A stretch of 64,000 nt of DNA from Thermoplasmatota archaeon (GCA_041650455.1 JBAZLE010000001.1:157-64156); one strand, 5' to 3'; shown: positions 8,082 through 17,213, counted from the first letter of the stretch. Translations and numbers: made by a program. Notes: generated from the letters alone by a model not told the origin.

Positions 8082-8938
8082 GGAGGACTGTATGTAAAGT
8101 TGACTTCTCTAGCAAATCCTATATAGAAACGATTTGAATCATAATCCATTGATGAGAGAAAACAAAAAGGTTGAACGCCAACGAAACCTTTGATTCCTAC
8201 AGGATCCCAAGCATCAGTGTAACTATAATTATTATACACATATTTTCTATACCTTGTAAAAAGACCCCCGTAGAATGTTCCATTCCACTTTTGTACTCCG
8301 TTCATTCCAATCGTCCAAACCCATCCTGAAGAGGAAAAGTTCCACTCTTTAGTGACATTTCCATTCTCATAGGCTATAGCTCGACTTCCAGCAAACGCAA
8401 AGGGGCCAAACTTCAAGGGGCTGAAATAACGTATTGCATAAAACCATAGAAGAAAATTTAATTCTTCTTGAAGACTACTGTTGGTTAAAAGATAATAGAT
8501 AATCGGGATATCTAATATAGTAGGAAACGGCCTAAAAATAAAGTGATTCGTCATCCCAACAACAAGACAATTAGTATTCCCCATATCGTTCCCATCACTC
8601 TCTTGAGATGGATGTAAATATTCATTTTTTAAAAAACCCATAGTAACCAATCGTTGTGCCCGCTGGATGCTCATACCCTTTGGTAACAATCCTTGTTCGT
8701 GTAATGTTACGATTGCTTCGTTGATACAAACAAGAGCTTTCTGTTTCGTTGTGACTTTTTCTAATTTTACTTTTAAATCATTGAATATGTTCTCTACATT
8801 ACTATACTGAATATTTGTATTTATCCTAGGGTGTGATGTTTGTTTCCAACTTGTTGTTGAAGAAATAGGAAAAACCGCGGTAAGTATCACCAGCATACAA
8901 ATAAGGATACAAAATAGTCCTTTCTTGATAATTTTCAT
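8072..8938 (-). CDS. Secreted hypothetical protein, paralog family A
   Basis: The track ORF 8072..9094 was trimmed to the internal Met MKIIKKGLFCILICMLVILTA, which has a GGAGG Shine-Dalgarno 6 nt upstream. It shares conserved blocks with 5718..6572. Confidence 0.6.
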   Translation of the reverse strand: MKIIKKGLFCILICMLVILTAVFPISSTTSWKQTSHPRINTNIQYSNVENIFNDLKVKLEKVTTKQKALVCINEAIVTLHEQGLLPKGMSIQRAQRLVTMGFLKNEYLHPSQESDGNDMGNTNCLVVGMTNHFIFRPFPTILDIPIIYYLLTNSSLQEELNFLLWFYAIRYFSPLKFGPFAFAGSRAIAYENGNVTKEWNFSSSGWVWTIGMNGVQKWNGTFYGGLFTRYRKYVYNNYSYTDAWDPVGIKGFVGVQPFCFLSSMDYDSNRFYIGFAREVNFTYSPPWT

Positions 8939-9116
8939 TCCTCCGTACCATTTTAATAACAGTCTTCTCATATATATAATATATTCTTTAGTAGGAAAAC
9001 AGTGATATTGTTTTATAGAGACATTTAAAGAAAAAAAAGAATGGGATTTCTCCCATAAAATCTCGCTAACGTATTCTGTTCTGAGATGTGCCATATTTTT
9101 GTGTCTCTCGGAGGCG

Positions 9117-9144
9117 AAAGAGGCTTACGGCCTACACCCAGCAC
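9117..9144 (+). repeat. Direct repeat copy 2: exact duplicate of the rnpB 3' end (attR-like)
   Basis: AAAGAGGCTTACGGCCTACACCCAGCAC, a 28/28 match to 5539..5566. It lies between the secreted-protein cluster and the RelE gene. Confidence 0.8.
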
Positions 9145-9152
9145 CTAATAAA

Positions 9153-9407
9153 TTACAATTTTTTATAGACATTTTTCCGATGATCAACGAATAGTATTGA
9201 AATTCTTTTTGTTTTTTCATCGATATCAGCGATGACCCGATAATCTCCCACGCGTAGTTTGAATTCATCTCTAGAAGTCAATTTTTCAAAATAATGAAAT
9301 GGATTTTCTTTCGTGGAATGAATTTTTTCAAAAATTCTTTTTCTGGTTTTCTTTTCTAATTTACCTAGATCTTGTAACGTTACATCATCATAAATGACTG
9401 AATACAT
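9153..9407 (-). CDS. relE: Type II toxin, RelE/ParE family
   Basis: 84 aa. The C-terminal KLRVGDYRVIADIDEKTKRISILFVDHRKNVYK fits the RelE/ParE signature (YR(v/i)iY...i.il.v.HRk.vY). Confidence 0.8.
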   Translation of the reverse strand: MYSVIYDDVTLQDLGKLEKKTRKRIFEKIHSTKENPFHYFEKLTSRDEFKLRVGDYRVIADIDEKTKRISILFVDHRKNVYKKL

Positions 9408-9410
9408 TCA

Positions 9411-9650
9411 TTAAAGCCCTAGTCGATATTTGGCTTCCTCCTCGCTGACGAAATGCCCTTTTTTAATTCGTTCTCTTGCCGCTTCTATAGCTTTGATTGT
9501 TTCTTTGCTAAGTTTTGGTTCTTTTTTTAAGTTCTTTACGATGAAAATAAGCTTTTTGATAACCTCATCATAGCTTTCATTTTTGTATTCTCGGAATTGA
9601 TCGATTTGTGATTTTGTATCACTTTGAATCTTAATGGTTGTCGTGCTCAT
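9411..9650 (-). CDS. Putative cognate antitoxin (RelB/ParD-like)
   Basis: ~80 aa, immediately upstream of the toxin with a 4-nt gap. C-terminus is EEEAKYRLGL. The start was trimmed to MSTTT. Confidence 0.55.
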   Translation of the reverse strand: MSTTTIKIQSDTKSQIDQFREYKNESYDEVIKKLIFIVKNLKKEPKLSKETIKAIEAARERIKKGHFVSEEEAKYRLGL

Positions 9651-9756
9651 AATATACCAAAATATACCTATGTATACCATAGTATAAATAATTTCCTATC
9701 AACTTATTTCTTCTGTCATATAAATTTTTTAGAAAATCGTATTTTCTCCTGTTATA

Positions 9757-9784
9757 AAGAGGCTTACAGTCTACACATAGCACC
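9757..9784 (+). repeat. Direct repeat copy 3: diverged rnpB 3'-end duplicate
   Basis: AAAGAGGCTTACAGTCTACACATAGCAC, 24/28 identical to the rnpB 3' end. It shares an extra 5' flank, TTTTCTCCTG(T/C)T, with copy 4. Confidence 0.7.
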
Positions 9785-9796
9785 TATGAATAATCA

Positions 9797-10750
9797 TTAA
9801 TATTTTTTCATTATTGTGAAAAAGCTATCATATGTTTTTTTTCCTTGTTCTAACATAAACTGGTAATAACTTTTTTTTATTTTTCTTCGTAAACCTTTGA
9901 CTATCGCATTAGAGTATGCCCTACGGTTTTTTGCATAGATAATAATAGGGAAATATCCATGATCCATGAGGATCTTATTCATAATCAATCTACCTGTTCT
10001 TCCATTAGCATCTAAAAAAGGATGAATATATTCATAATTAAGGTGAAAATCGCAAGCTAATTGAAATGGGTATTTTATTTTTTTATTATCTTTATAATAT
10101 CGAAGAAGAGTATCTAGTTCTTTTTCTACTTGTTCAGGTGAAACAGTAGGTTGATTATTTACGATATTTTCTACTGTTTTAAATCCTTTAGGATAGTGAT
10201 CTCCTCCAGACATTGTCAGATTCTCGGTAAGAATATAATACAATCTTTTAATTGAAGAGATATTAAATTTAAAACCACTTTTTAAGTATTTTAACGCTTC
10301 AATTGAATTATACACTTCTTTAACTTCATTTGTATTTTTATACCTTGAATTACCAGTTTCAATAATTCTTTTTACTTCTTTGGCAGGAATTTTTGAACCT
10401 TCAATATTGTTAGAATTAAAAATGAATTCTTTAGCAAATTCAACAAGAACAACATCTCTAATATCTTTTATTTCAAAAAAATTGCTAATTTCAATAGATT
10501 TTAATTCCATATATTCTAACAAATGTTTGTTATACACAATATCTAACCTATCTAGAAATTTTTTTCGTATCTTGAATTCTTTTTCAGTTATATTATTAAA
10601 ATTTTTTTTAAGATAATCCTTAGCATTTACTGTAGAAATATTCTTTCCAATATGTTCTTTAATTCTGAAATTTTTTCCCATAAAAGAAAATTTTTTTACG
10701 AACGATATATATTCAGTATCATTAATCTTCTTTATTTCTATATATGACAT
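9797..10750 (-). CDS. fic: Fic/Doc family protein (putative AMPylator)
   Basis: 317 aa with a canonical Fic motif HPFLDANGRTGR. The gene is extremely AT-rich (~25% GC), consistent with horizontal acquisition. Confidence 0.85.
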   Translation of the reverse strand: MSYIEIKKINDTEYISFVKKFSFMGKNFRIKEHIGKNISTVNAKDYLKKNFNNITEKEFKIRKKFLDRLDIVYNKHLLEYMELKSIEISNFFEIKDIRDVVLVEFAKEFIFNSNNIEGSKIPAKEVKRIIETGNSRYKNTNEVKEVYNSIEALKYLKSGFKFNISSIKRLYYILTENLTMSGGDHYPKGFKTVENIVNNQPTVSPEQVEKELDTLLRYYKDNKKIKYPFQLACDFHLNYEYIHPFLDANGRTGRLIMNKILMDHGYFPIIIYAKNRRAYSNAIVKGLRRKIKKSYYQFMLEQGKKTYDSFFTIMKKY

Positions 10751-10922
10751 TAGAAAATAGTATGCTCACGGGGTTTATATATTTTTACAAATTGGGCAGC
10801 AAAAAATACCACTTTTTTTACCAATACGGCACAAATCATCCATACGTCTGTTAAACAAATTATAGATTTCCAGTAATTCTGTCAAGGATTTTTTCAAAAA
10901 AATTGTGTTTTTCTCCTGCTTT

Positions 10923-10951
10923 AAAGAGCTTTCCTATCTCCACGCAGCAAC
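10923..10951 (+). repeat. Direct repeat copy 4: degenerate rnpB 3'-end duplicate
   Basis: AAAGAGCTTTCCTATCTCCACGCAGCAAC preceded by TGTGTTTTTCTCCTGCTTT. Repeat plus flank align to copy 3 plus its flank (GTATTTTCTCCTGTTATAAAGAGGCTTACAGTCTACACATAGCAC). Confidence 0.55.
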
Positions 10952-10979
10952 CCCTTCATTTTGTTCAATCTCTCTCTTT

Positions 10980-11480
10980 TTAGATCCTTCTGCGTTTCCT
11001 TGCAGTCAGGACAAGCGTTTTAATTTCTGGTGGTAATTGTTCATCTTGCCATTTTCGTTCGATTTCTGTGGATTCCCCTGCGTTTTTTACGGCTTTTACC
11101 GCATACCATGCTGCTCCTAATGCATGGTCAGCCATATGGGCTGTTGCGACCGCGTGTCCAACAGAACGAGCCACAGCACTTGCTGTCTGGTTTGAAGATT
11201 TTCGAGCAACCGCATGAGCAGCTACTGCTGCATTTCGTGCATCACCCACGGAAGCCTGCCCGTGTTTCCACGCATTCGCCAGCTTTAATGCGTTTTTTAA
11301 TCGCTCGTCTATGTTGTCCCCAAAGAGCGGTAAGACATGCTTCGCACAGTCGCAAGCCCATGTCATCAACTGATGGTGCTGTTCCTTTTTTAAGGGTCCA
11401 CCCCGATGCTCTACAATAAATCGTTTGTCTCGCATTTTGTCTTTCTCCGTAATATTCTGTGAAGTTATTTGTGTTTTCAA
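10980..11480 (-). CDS. Hypothetical Ala-rich all-helical protein (possibly immunity-protein-like)
   Basis: 166 aa. The A-rich periodic helices GDARNAAVAAHAVARKS...AVARSVGHAVATAHMADHALGAAWYAVKAV suggest a possible immunity-protein-like role. The likely true start is the internal MRDKRF. GC content is higher than that of the neighbouring island genes. Confidence 0.5.
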   Translation of the reverse strand: MKTQITSQNITEKDKMRDKRFIVEHRGGPLKKEQHHQLMTWACDCAKHVLPLFGDNIDERLKNALKLANAWKHGQASVGDARNAAVAAHAVARKSSNQTASAVARSVGHAVATAHMADHALGAAWYAVKAVKNAGESTEIERKWQDEQLPPEIKTLVLTARKRRRI

Positions 11481-11867
11481 TCACTGCTCTTGCTTTATGT
11501 GTCTTAGTAATAAATCGAAAGATGATAGGAAACGTGGTCGTTTTCTTTTTTTCTTTCACCATTAGAAAAACATTCTTTGGAACTCGTTTTAAAAAGACGA
11601 CAGTGATGCCTCTTTTATGAAGAAAAGTTATGGTTTGAACCTAGCATCAAATGAAAATCTTTCCGTTCAAGAGATGTGCCCCTAAATCATCGACGATACT
11701 ATACAGTTCATTACATCATCAAAAATCTCTTAATAGAACACATTCATCTCAAAAGAGGTGTTAGAATTTTTTATCAATGAAACCCTTATTTTTTTTATAA
11801 CATCTCAAAAATTTATTTAGCTACACAATATAGGAGATTCAAATAAAAAAAAATTATTTCATGACAT

Positions 11868-14201
11868 CTATTCATCTATTTCTAGCCTTGGAAAGGTTAT
11901 TTCGAGATAACGCTCCTTCCCATTCGGACAATTACAGGAAAACCACAGATTTCCGTTCATGCTTTGATGTCTCATCTCGGAAGCATCATCAGCGACAAAA
12001 CCCACTTGTTCATACAGAGGATCTGTACTGAATGGAAACATCTTAAACATGAGAGAAATCTCTGGGTATACACTATGCAGAATCAAAGAAAGAACACGAC
12101 CAGTCGCACCATGCATTAACAGACGAACGAACAACTCAGTAATATGTGGGTATCTCTGGAACAGCATGGAGTACCATATCATCATTCTTTCTGCTGCATT
12201 TCGTGAGATGGTTTGTGTCAGACTTAGATTGTATACATTCTCGTTTTGGCTGTTTACCCGAAAACGGGCGTTCATCCCCATCAGGAGCGGTTCATGGTAA
12301 ATAAGGTTCACCATCCCGTACCGATTTCCAGCGATGAACGCGGTGAAATTCATCACTCCATTCGTATCGCATAATACCTCTGGGGACACAGAGAAGTTCA
12401 CTTGTTCATTTTCACTAAGAGGTCCCGTCATGTTGTACCAATGACCGCTTAAATAGAGATGGAAATCATCCGTCGTATCACTTGTTCGTTGCCGTTTCAC
12501 ACTAAACAACGAGACATCATACTCAGCAGCATCCAAAAAATTCAATACCCCCTGTAAAAACCACGCATTCGTGTCGTCTGGAACCGTGTAAAAACCATGA
12601 ATCGTCTCATACGATGATCCAAAAATATGAGAAAAGACTTGGGATTCACTCCCAGAAAGTACGCTGTATTGGGAGCGAGTTGTCCAGTCGCAACAGCTGA
12701 CGTTCATTACCACTCTTCCGGTCCCAGAGGTACATCGAGCAGTCATGGTGAAATTGTAGGTCTGACTAGGAACAGCAATAGAAATCGTCCCCATAGGAAA
12801 CGACTGGTACGGTTGCCCGCTCCGCCCATCCTCCTGGATAGAGGTATTATCCGGATATTTCTCGGGAAATGTAAGATTCGTAGGTCCAGAGACGTGCATC
12901 CCTGGGCGGGTCCACTGAACGTTGCCGGAGTGATCGTTCCCAAATCCAAGGATGTTTTCATGTGCAGAACCTGGAGGTGATTCCATACGTGCATCAAAAA
13001 ATAGCTCCATAGGGGCTGTACCAATCAGTTGAAGCGTGATGTCTGGAGATAATATTTTCATATCGGTGAGCTGTGTTTCATTATCCTGCAGAAAGATTGG
13101 AAACGAATACCAATTCTCAGCATCAGGATTAAAAGATGTCGGGACCATCCATGAATGACGATATTCCGGCGCCCAATGGCCACCCGCGCCATTGTTCTCC
13201 CAGCTCGCTGTGATAATGCCTGTGGAAGAAATATTGTAAATCACCACTCTGTCTAACTCATGCCGATAGTGCCAATCCATTTGCGGATAGGGCGAGGAAA
13301 ACGCGATTTCATGTCCAAATGTTCTGATCGGGTTCGTCAGTCCGGTGCTCTGGTTACTCACGTACCAGTCAAGCCAATGGTTATGACCATGGATCCACAG
13401 TGTAATCTGCGGGTTGTTCTGAAACAAGCTCGCCCACCAGTCCATATCCTGCTTCCCACGATATGGCTTCAAGCTTTTCTCCTTTGTGGTGTCCTCGATA
13501 GCCTGATGACAAAGGATCACGGTCGTTGTCGTTGGGTACTGGTTCGTCATATATTCGATCCATTCATATTCAACAGGGTGCGTCCACGTCACATATCCAA
13601 GTTCTGGGACAACCAGAAAGAGTATCCCCTCGTACATCATCGCATATACCGGAGCGTTCATACTGAGTTCGTCAATCAATGTTTTCGTAAGATTATGTGG
13701 GTCTCCGCTGTTCATCTGATAATCAGTCACATCATGGTTACCCACCACATAATAAAAAGGCAGATTCAGATGAGAAATCAAATATGCTTTCAAATTATTC
13801 CTATACTGATTAACAATCCAAGGAAGTCCTTCCCCATGCACCTGCGCGGTGTTATGGTTCACGATATCACCCAGATGCACCACAAAATCAAGCCTATTAG
13901 TCGCATCAACCAGATCCTTTCCAAGTTGATCCAGATGATCAGCGATATCATAAAAAGGATTTTGATATTTGGCGCCAATATGTGTATCAGAAAATGCTGC
14001 AAAGCTCAAATAACTATTTTGTAAAGCGATTCTCTCTCTTCTATCAATTTTCGATGTATCCTCAGAGAGCAACACTGATCTATCATTCATTATTATTCCA
14101 CTGGCTGTTCCCTTCGAATTGATATTTGGTATTATCATGATTAAAATAGAACAAAAAAGGAATCCCGTACAAATTACGACACTCACTATTTTCTTTTTCA
14201 T
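11868..14201 (-). CDS. Secreted calcineurin-like metallophosphoesterase with a large C-terminal extension (777 aa)
   Basis: Signal/TM N-terminus. Metallophosphatase motifs GDIVNHN, VVGNHD and IHGHNHW are present. The C-terminal ~350 aa have no recognised domain. Confidence 0.8.
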   Translation of the reverse strand: MKKKIVSVVICTGFLFCSILIMIIPNINSKGTASGIIMNDRSVLLSEDTSKIDRRERIALQNSYLSFAAFSDTHIGAKYQNPFYDIADHLDQLGKDLVDATNRLDFVVHLGDIVNHNTAQVHGEGLPWIVNQYRNNLKAYLISHLNLPFYYVVGNHDVTDYQMNSGDPHNLTKTLIDELSMNAPVYAMMYEGILFLVVPELGYVTWTHPVEYEWIEYMTNQYPTTTTVILCHQAIEDTTKEKSLKPYRGKQDMDWWASLFQNNPQITLWIHGHNHWLDWYVSNQSTGLTNPIRTFGHEIAFSSPYPQMDWHYRHELDRVVIYNISSTGIITASWENNGAGGHWAPEYRHSWMVPTSFNPDAENWYSFPIFLQDNETQLTDMKILSPDITLQLIGTAPMELFFDARMESPPGSAHENILGFGNDHSGNVQWTRPGMHVSGPTNLTFPEKYPDNTSIQEDGRSGQPYQSFPMGTISIAVPSQTYNFTMTARCTSGTGRVVMNVSCCDWTTRSQYSVLSGSESQVFSHIFGSSYETIHGFYTVPDDTNAWFLQGVLNFLDAAEYDVSLFSVKRQRTSDTTDDFHLYLSGHWYNMTGPLSENEQVNFSVSPEVLCDTNGVMNFTAFIAGNRYGMVNLIYHEPLLMGMNARFRVNSQNENVYNLSLTQTISRNAAERMMIWYSMLFQRYPHITELFVRLLMHGATGRVLSLILHSVYPEISLMFKMFPFSTDPLYEQVGFVADDASEMRHQSMNGNLWFSCNCPNGKERYLEITFPRLEIDE

Positions 14202-14579
14202 AGACTCAAAACTTAACCATGATTATTATAATATATTTGTTATTTATCAGTTTATATCATTTATTGCTAACTACGAGAAAATCAACATTTTTAGTAGTTT
14301 TTCAGTTTTTCATCTAGATCTTTCATCTTCTCTTGATGTCAAAAGTTGTGGTTTTTCCCTCTTACACCAGATTTGTCGCCTAAACCTGTCACTGCTAGGC
14401 AAAACAATATAAAGGGAAGAGACGTATATCTCTATATTAAGGGAATAGAGATAAAAATTTCACATTTTTGTTAACCCAAACGTATGAGATTTTTTATTTT
14501 TGTTCTTTCACACCGATTTTCAGCGTGAACGCTGGAGCTGTAAAAAAATCTGGAAAGAAAGATACGGGATGGATTTGAT

Positions 14580-15515
14580 TTGACGAGAAAAAATAAACAA
14601 CAGATAGAAGAAATTCTTTGTTGTCCTGAATGCGGGAGCGGACATCTCCGAAAGGACTATTCTCGAGCGGAGTTAGTCTGTTCTGGTTGTGGACTTGTTG
14701 TTGATGAAGATATCATTGACCATGGTCCGGAATGGCGTGCCTTTGATAATGAACAACGGGAGAAGCGATCTCGAACCGGGTCTCCAATGACCTACACCAT
14801 GCACGATAAAGGACTGTCTACGACTATCGGATGGACAAACAGGGATGCGTACGGGAGAGCTATTCCGACAAAAAACCGGGCTCAATTGTATCGACTACGG
14901 AAATGGCAACGGCGCGTCCGCATCAGTGATGCAACCGAGAGGAACCTCGCAGTTGCTCTCTCAGGAATCGACAGACTCGCCTCAGGTATGGGTCTTCCAA
15001 GATCTGTACGAGAGACTGCTGCAATGATTTATCGAAAAGCAGCGATGAAAAATCTCGTTCGAGGAAGAAGCATCCAAGGGGTGACTGCTGCCTCGTTATA
15101 CGCCGCATGCCGACAATGTCATGTCCCTCGGACGTTAGATGAAATTAGTGTAATTGCGCAAATATCACGAAAAGAGATTGGGAGAAACTATCGGTATGTC
15201 TCTCGTGAGCTTGCATTAAAATTAATGCCGACCACACCAAAAGATTATATCTCACGGTTCTGCAGTGAATTAAAACTTAGCAATAACGTTCAAGCAAAGA
15301 CACTGGAGATATTAGCACATGCGATACATCAGGAGCTTACCAGCGGACGAGGACCGACAGGACTTGCTGCCGCCTCCTTGTACATCTCCTCTGTTCTCTG
15401 TGGTGAACGCAGGACACAACGAGAAGTTGCAGAGATTGCGGGAGTCACTGAGGTGACCATTCGCAATCGATACAAAGAACTCGCACAAAAACTCGATATT
15501 CATCTTGTGATGTAA
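14580..15515 (+). CDS. tfb: Transcription initiation factor IIB (TFB)
   Basis: N-terminal Zn-ribbon CPECGS...CSGCG followed by two cyclin-like repeats. There is no in-frame ATG, so the apparent start is TTG. Confidence 0.9.
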   Translation: MTRKNKQQIEEILCCPECGSGHLRKDYSRAELVCSGCGLVVDEDIIDHGPEWRAFDNEQREKRSRTGSPMTYTMHDKGLSTTIGWTNRDAYGRAIPTKNRAQLYRLRKWQRRVRISDATERNLAVALSGIDRLASGMGLPRSVRETAAMIYRKAAMKNLVRGRSIQGVTAASLYAACRQCHVPRTLDEISVIAQISRKEIGRNYRYVSRELALKLMPTTPKDYISRFCSELKLSNNVQAKTLEILAHAIHQELTSGRGPTGLAAASLYISSVLCGERRTQREVAEIAGVTEVTIRNRYKELAQKLDIHLVM

Positions 15516-15709
15516 CCATGCGATATTCATGAGAATAACAGGAGTAAATAACCAGCTTTGTGAAAAACTATATAAAGGAGAGGAGGTTATAGCGGACCAA
15601 AAGGAATAGAAATAAGAGTTTCCTAGTTTCGTTCATTCGACTACATGAAATCTTTTTGTTTTTGTTCTTTGTAAAAATTCAGATACAATCTGAGGAAAAC
15701 GTGAATAAC

Positions 15710-15901
15710 ATGAAAGGAACAGTAAAATGGTATAATACAAGAAAAGGATATGGATTTATCCTCTGCGATGATGGAAAAGAAGTCTTCGTTCATCGGACCG
15801 CAGTCCCTATGGAATCATCTCTGAATGAGGGAGATGCCGTTGAATTTGAGATTGAAACATCGGATCGAGGACCACAAGCAAAAAACGTAAAGAAGGCGTA
15901 A
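15710..15901 (+). CDS. Cold-shock protein (CspA family)
   Basis: MKGTVKWYNTRKGYGFILCDDGKEVFVHRTAV, with RNP1/RNP2-like motifs. The track start was trimmed to this ATG. Confidence 0.85.
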   Translation: MKGTVKWYNTRKGYGFILCDDGKEVFVHRTAVPMESSLNEGDAVEFEIETSDRGPQAKNVKKA

Positions 15902-15934
15902 TATTCTCACAGCACACAACAGAATTGAGTACAC

Positions 15935-15954
15935 TTTTTTTTTTAAAAAAAAAA
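15935..15954 (+). terminator. Oligo-T tract (T10 then A10) downstream of csp
   Basis: TTTTTTTTTTAAAAAAAAAA immediately after the csp stop. Archaeal termination typically occurs at oligo-T. Confidence 0.4.
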
Positions 15955-16025
15955 TGAAGAGAAAAAACGATTTGTTATGACTGAGACTCAAAAAACTCTA
16001 CAAGAGAATCATAAGGTGAAAAAGA

Positions 16026-17213
16026 ATGAAATGTGAACAACTGAACATACAAGAAAAACTCCTGGTAAAACTCCAGGAACAAGAATTTGAGGAACTGACG
16101 CTCATCCAAGAACGCTGTATACCGGAAATCCTCCAGGGAAAAGACGTTGTCGGCCAGGCAGAGACCGGGTCGGGAAAGACACTCGCGTTCTGTCTTCCTA
16201 TCCTCCATAAGATTATACCCGGACGAGGACTGCAAGCCCTTGTTCTGACTCCCACAAGAGAACTGTGTGTACAGGTAACAGAGGTCTTTAGGGATTTTGG
16301 GAAACCCCTTGGAGTACGCACCACAAGTGTGTACGGGGGGGTGAGCATTGGGCCACAGATACGGGACGTCCGCACCTCGGAGGTTGTGATAGGGACACCT
16401 GGGAGGATGCTTGATCATCTCCGCAGAGGAACTCTTGATTTACGGAATATCAGGATTCTTGTCCTTGATGAAACCGATAAAATGTTCGAGATGGGGTTTG
16501 TCGATGATGTCGAAGACATCATCCGCTACATTCCTCAGCAACGACAGGTACTGATGTTTAGTGCGACGATCTCTGAGGAGGTTCATCGTCTCGCCAGAAG
16601 ACATCTGAAAAGTCCCGTCATCGTCAAGACCCAATCGTATGTCGATCATCGGAAATTGAAACAGGTGTATTATGACATTTACGAGCAGAATCAAAAATTC
16701 TCCCTTCTCGTTCATTTGCTCAACAGAAACACCGATGGATTATCCATTGTGTTCTGTGGAACTCGCAGAGAATCTGATGCTGTCTCAAAGAATCTTGCAC
16801 GTCAAGGGATCCGCGCCTCAGCAATCCATGGGGGAATGAAACAACAAAAACGATCAAGCTCCCTCGATGCCTTGAAAAGCCAAAAAACAAAGGTGCTGGT
16901 GGCAACAGATGTCGCAGCACGGGGGCTTGATATCAAAAACGTCACCCACATCTACAATTACGATGTACCAAAAACCCCAACTGAGTACGTCCACCGAATT
17001 GGTAGAACCGCCCGTGCCGGAGCAAATGGCGCAGCGATCACCCTGCTTACCGAGCGGGACCATGACAACTTCCGAAGAGTGCAGAGCAATGATGATTTCC
17101 AGATCGAACGGGCAGAAATCCCTGATTTTCGCAAGATTCCCTTTCAACGACAGTTTGAACATAGACACCAGTCATTTAGAGGACCATCTCGCCACTCATT
17201 CGGACGGTACTAG
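16026..17213 (+). CDS. DEAD-box ATP-dependent RNA helicase (motif II variant DETD)
   Basis: Q-motif, AETGSGKTLAF, PTRELC, VLDETDKM, SAT and HRIGRTARAG motifs are present. Confidence 0.9.
   Translation: MKCEQLNIQEKLLVKLQEQEFEELTLIQERCIPEILQGKDVVGQAETGSGKTLAFCLPILHKIIPGRGLQALVLTPTRELCVQVTEVFRDFGKPLGVRTTSVYGGVSIGPQIRDVRTSEVVIGTPGRMLDHLRRGTLDLRNIRILVLDETDKMFEMGFVDDVEDIIRYIPQQRQVLMFSATISEEVHRLARRHLKSPVIVKTQSYVDHRKLKQVYYDIYEQNQKFSLLVHLLNRNTDGLSIVFCGTRRESDAVSKNLARQGIRASAIHGGMKQQKRSSSLDALKSQKTKVLVATDVAARGLDIKNVTHIYNYDVPKTPTEYVHRIGRTARAGANGAAITLLTERDHDNFRRVQSNDDFQIERAEIPDFRKIPFQRQFEHRHQSFRGPSRHSFGRY

Noticed and set aside
5539-10951. The repeated ~28-nt motif could have been a CRISPR array
   Set aside because: Only 4 copies, with spacing of 3.6 kb, 0.6 kb and 1.1 kb, progressively degenerate, and identical to the 3' end of a structured RNA gene. 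This is an att-site duplication pattern, not CRISPR.
13260-14024. 254-aa plus-strand ORF inside the phosphoesterase gene
   Set aside because: It is antisense to a CDS with clear metallophosphatase motifs, and its own sequence is His/Ile-rich low-complexity, typical of an antisense artefact.
14580-14582. TTG as the TFB start codon
   Set aside because: Not rejected as a gene. There is no in-frame ATG upstream of the Zn-ribbon, so TTG (or a nearby non-ATG start) is accepted. Flagged because the exact start is uncertain.
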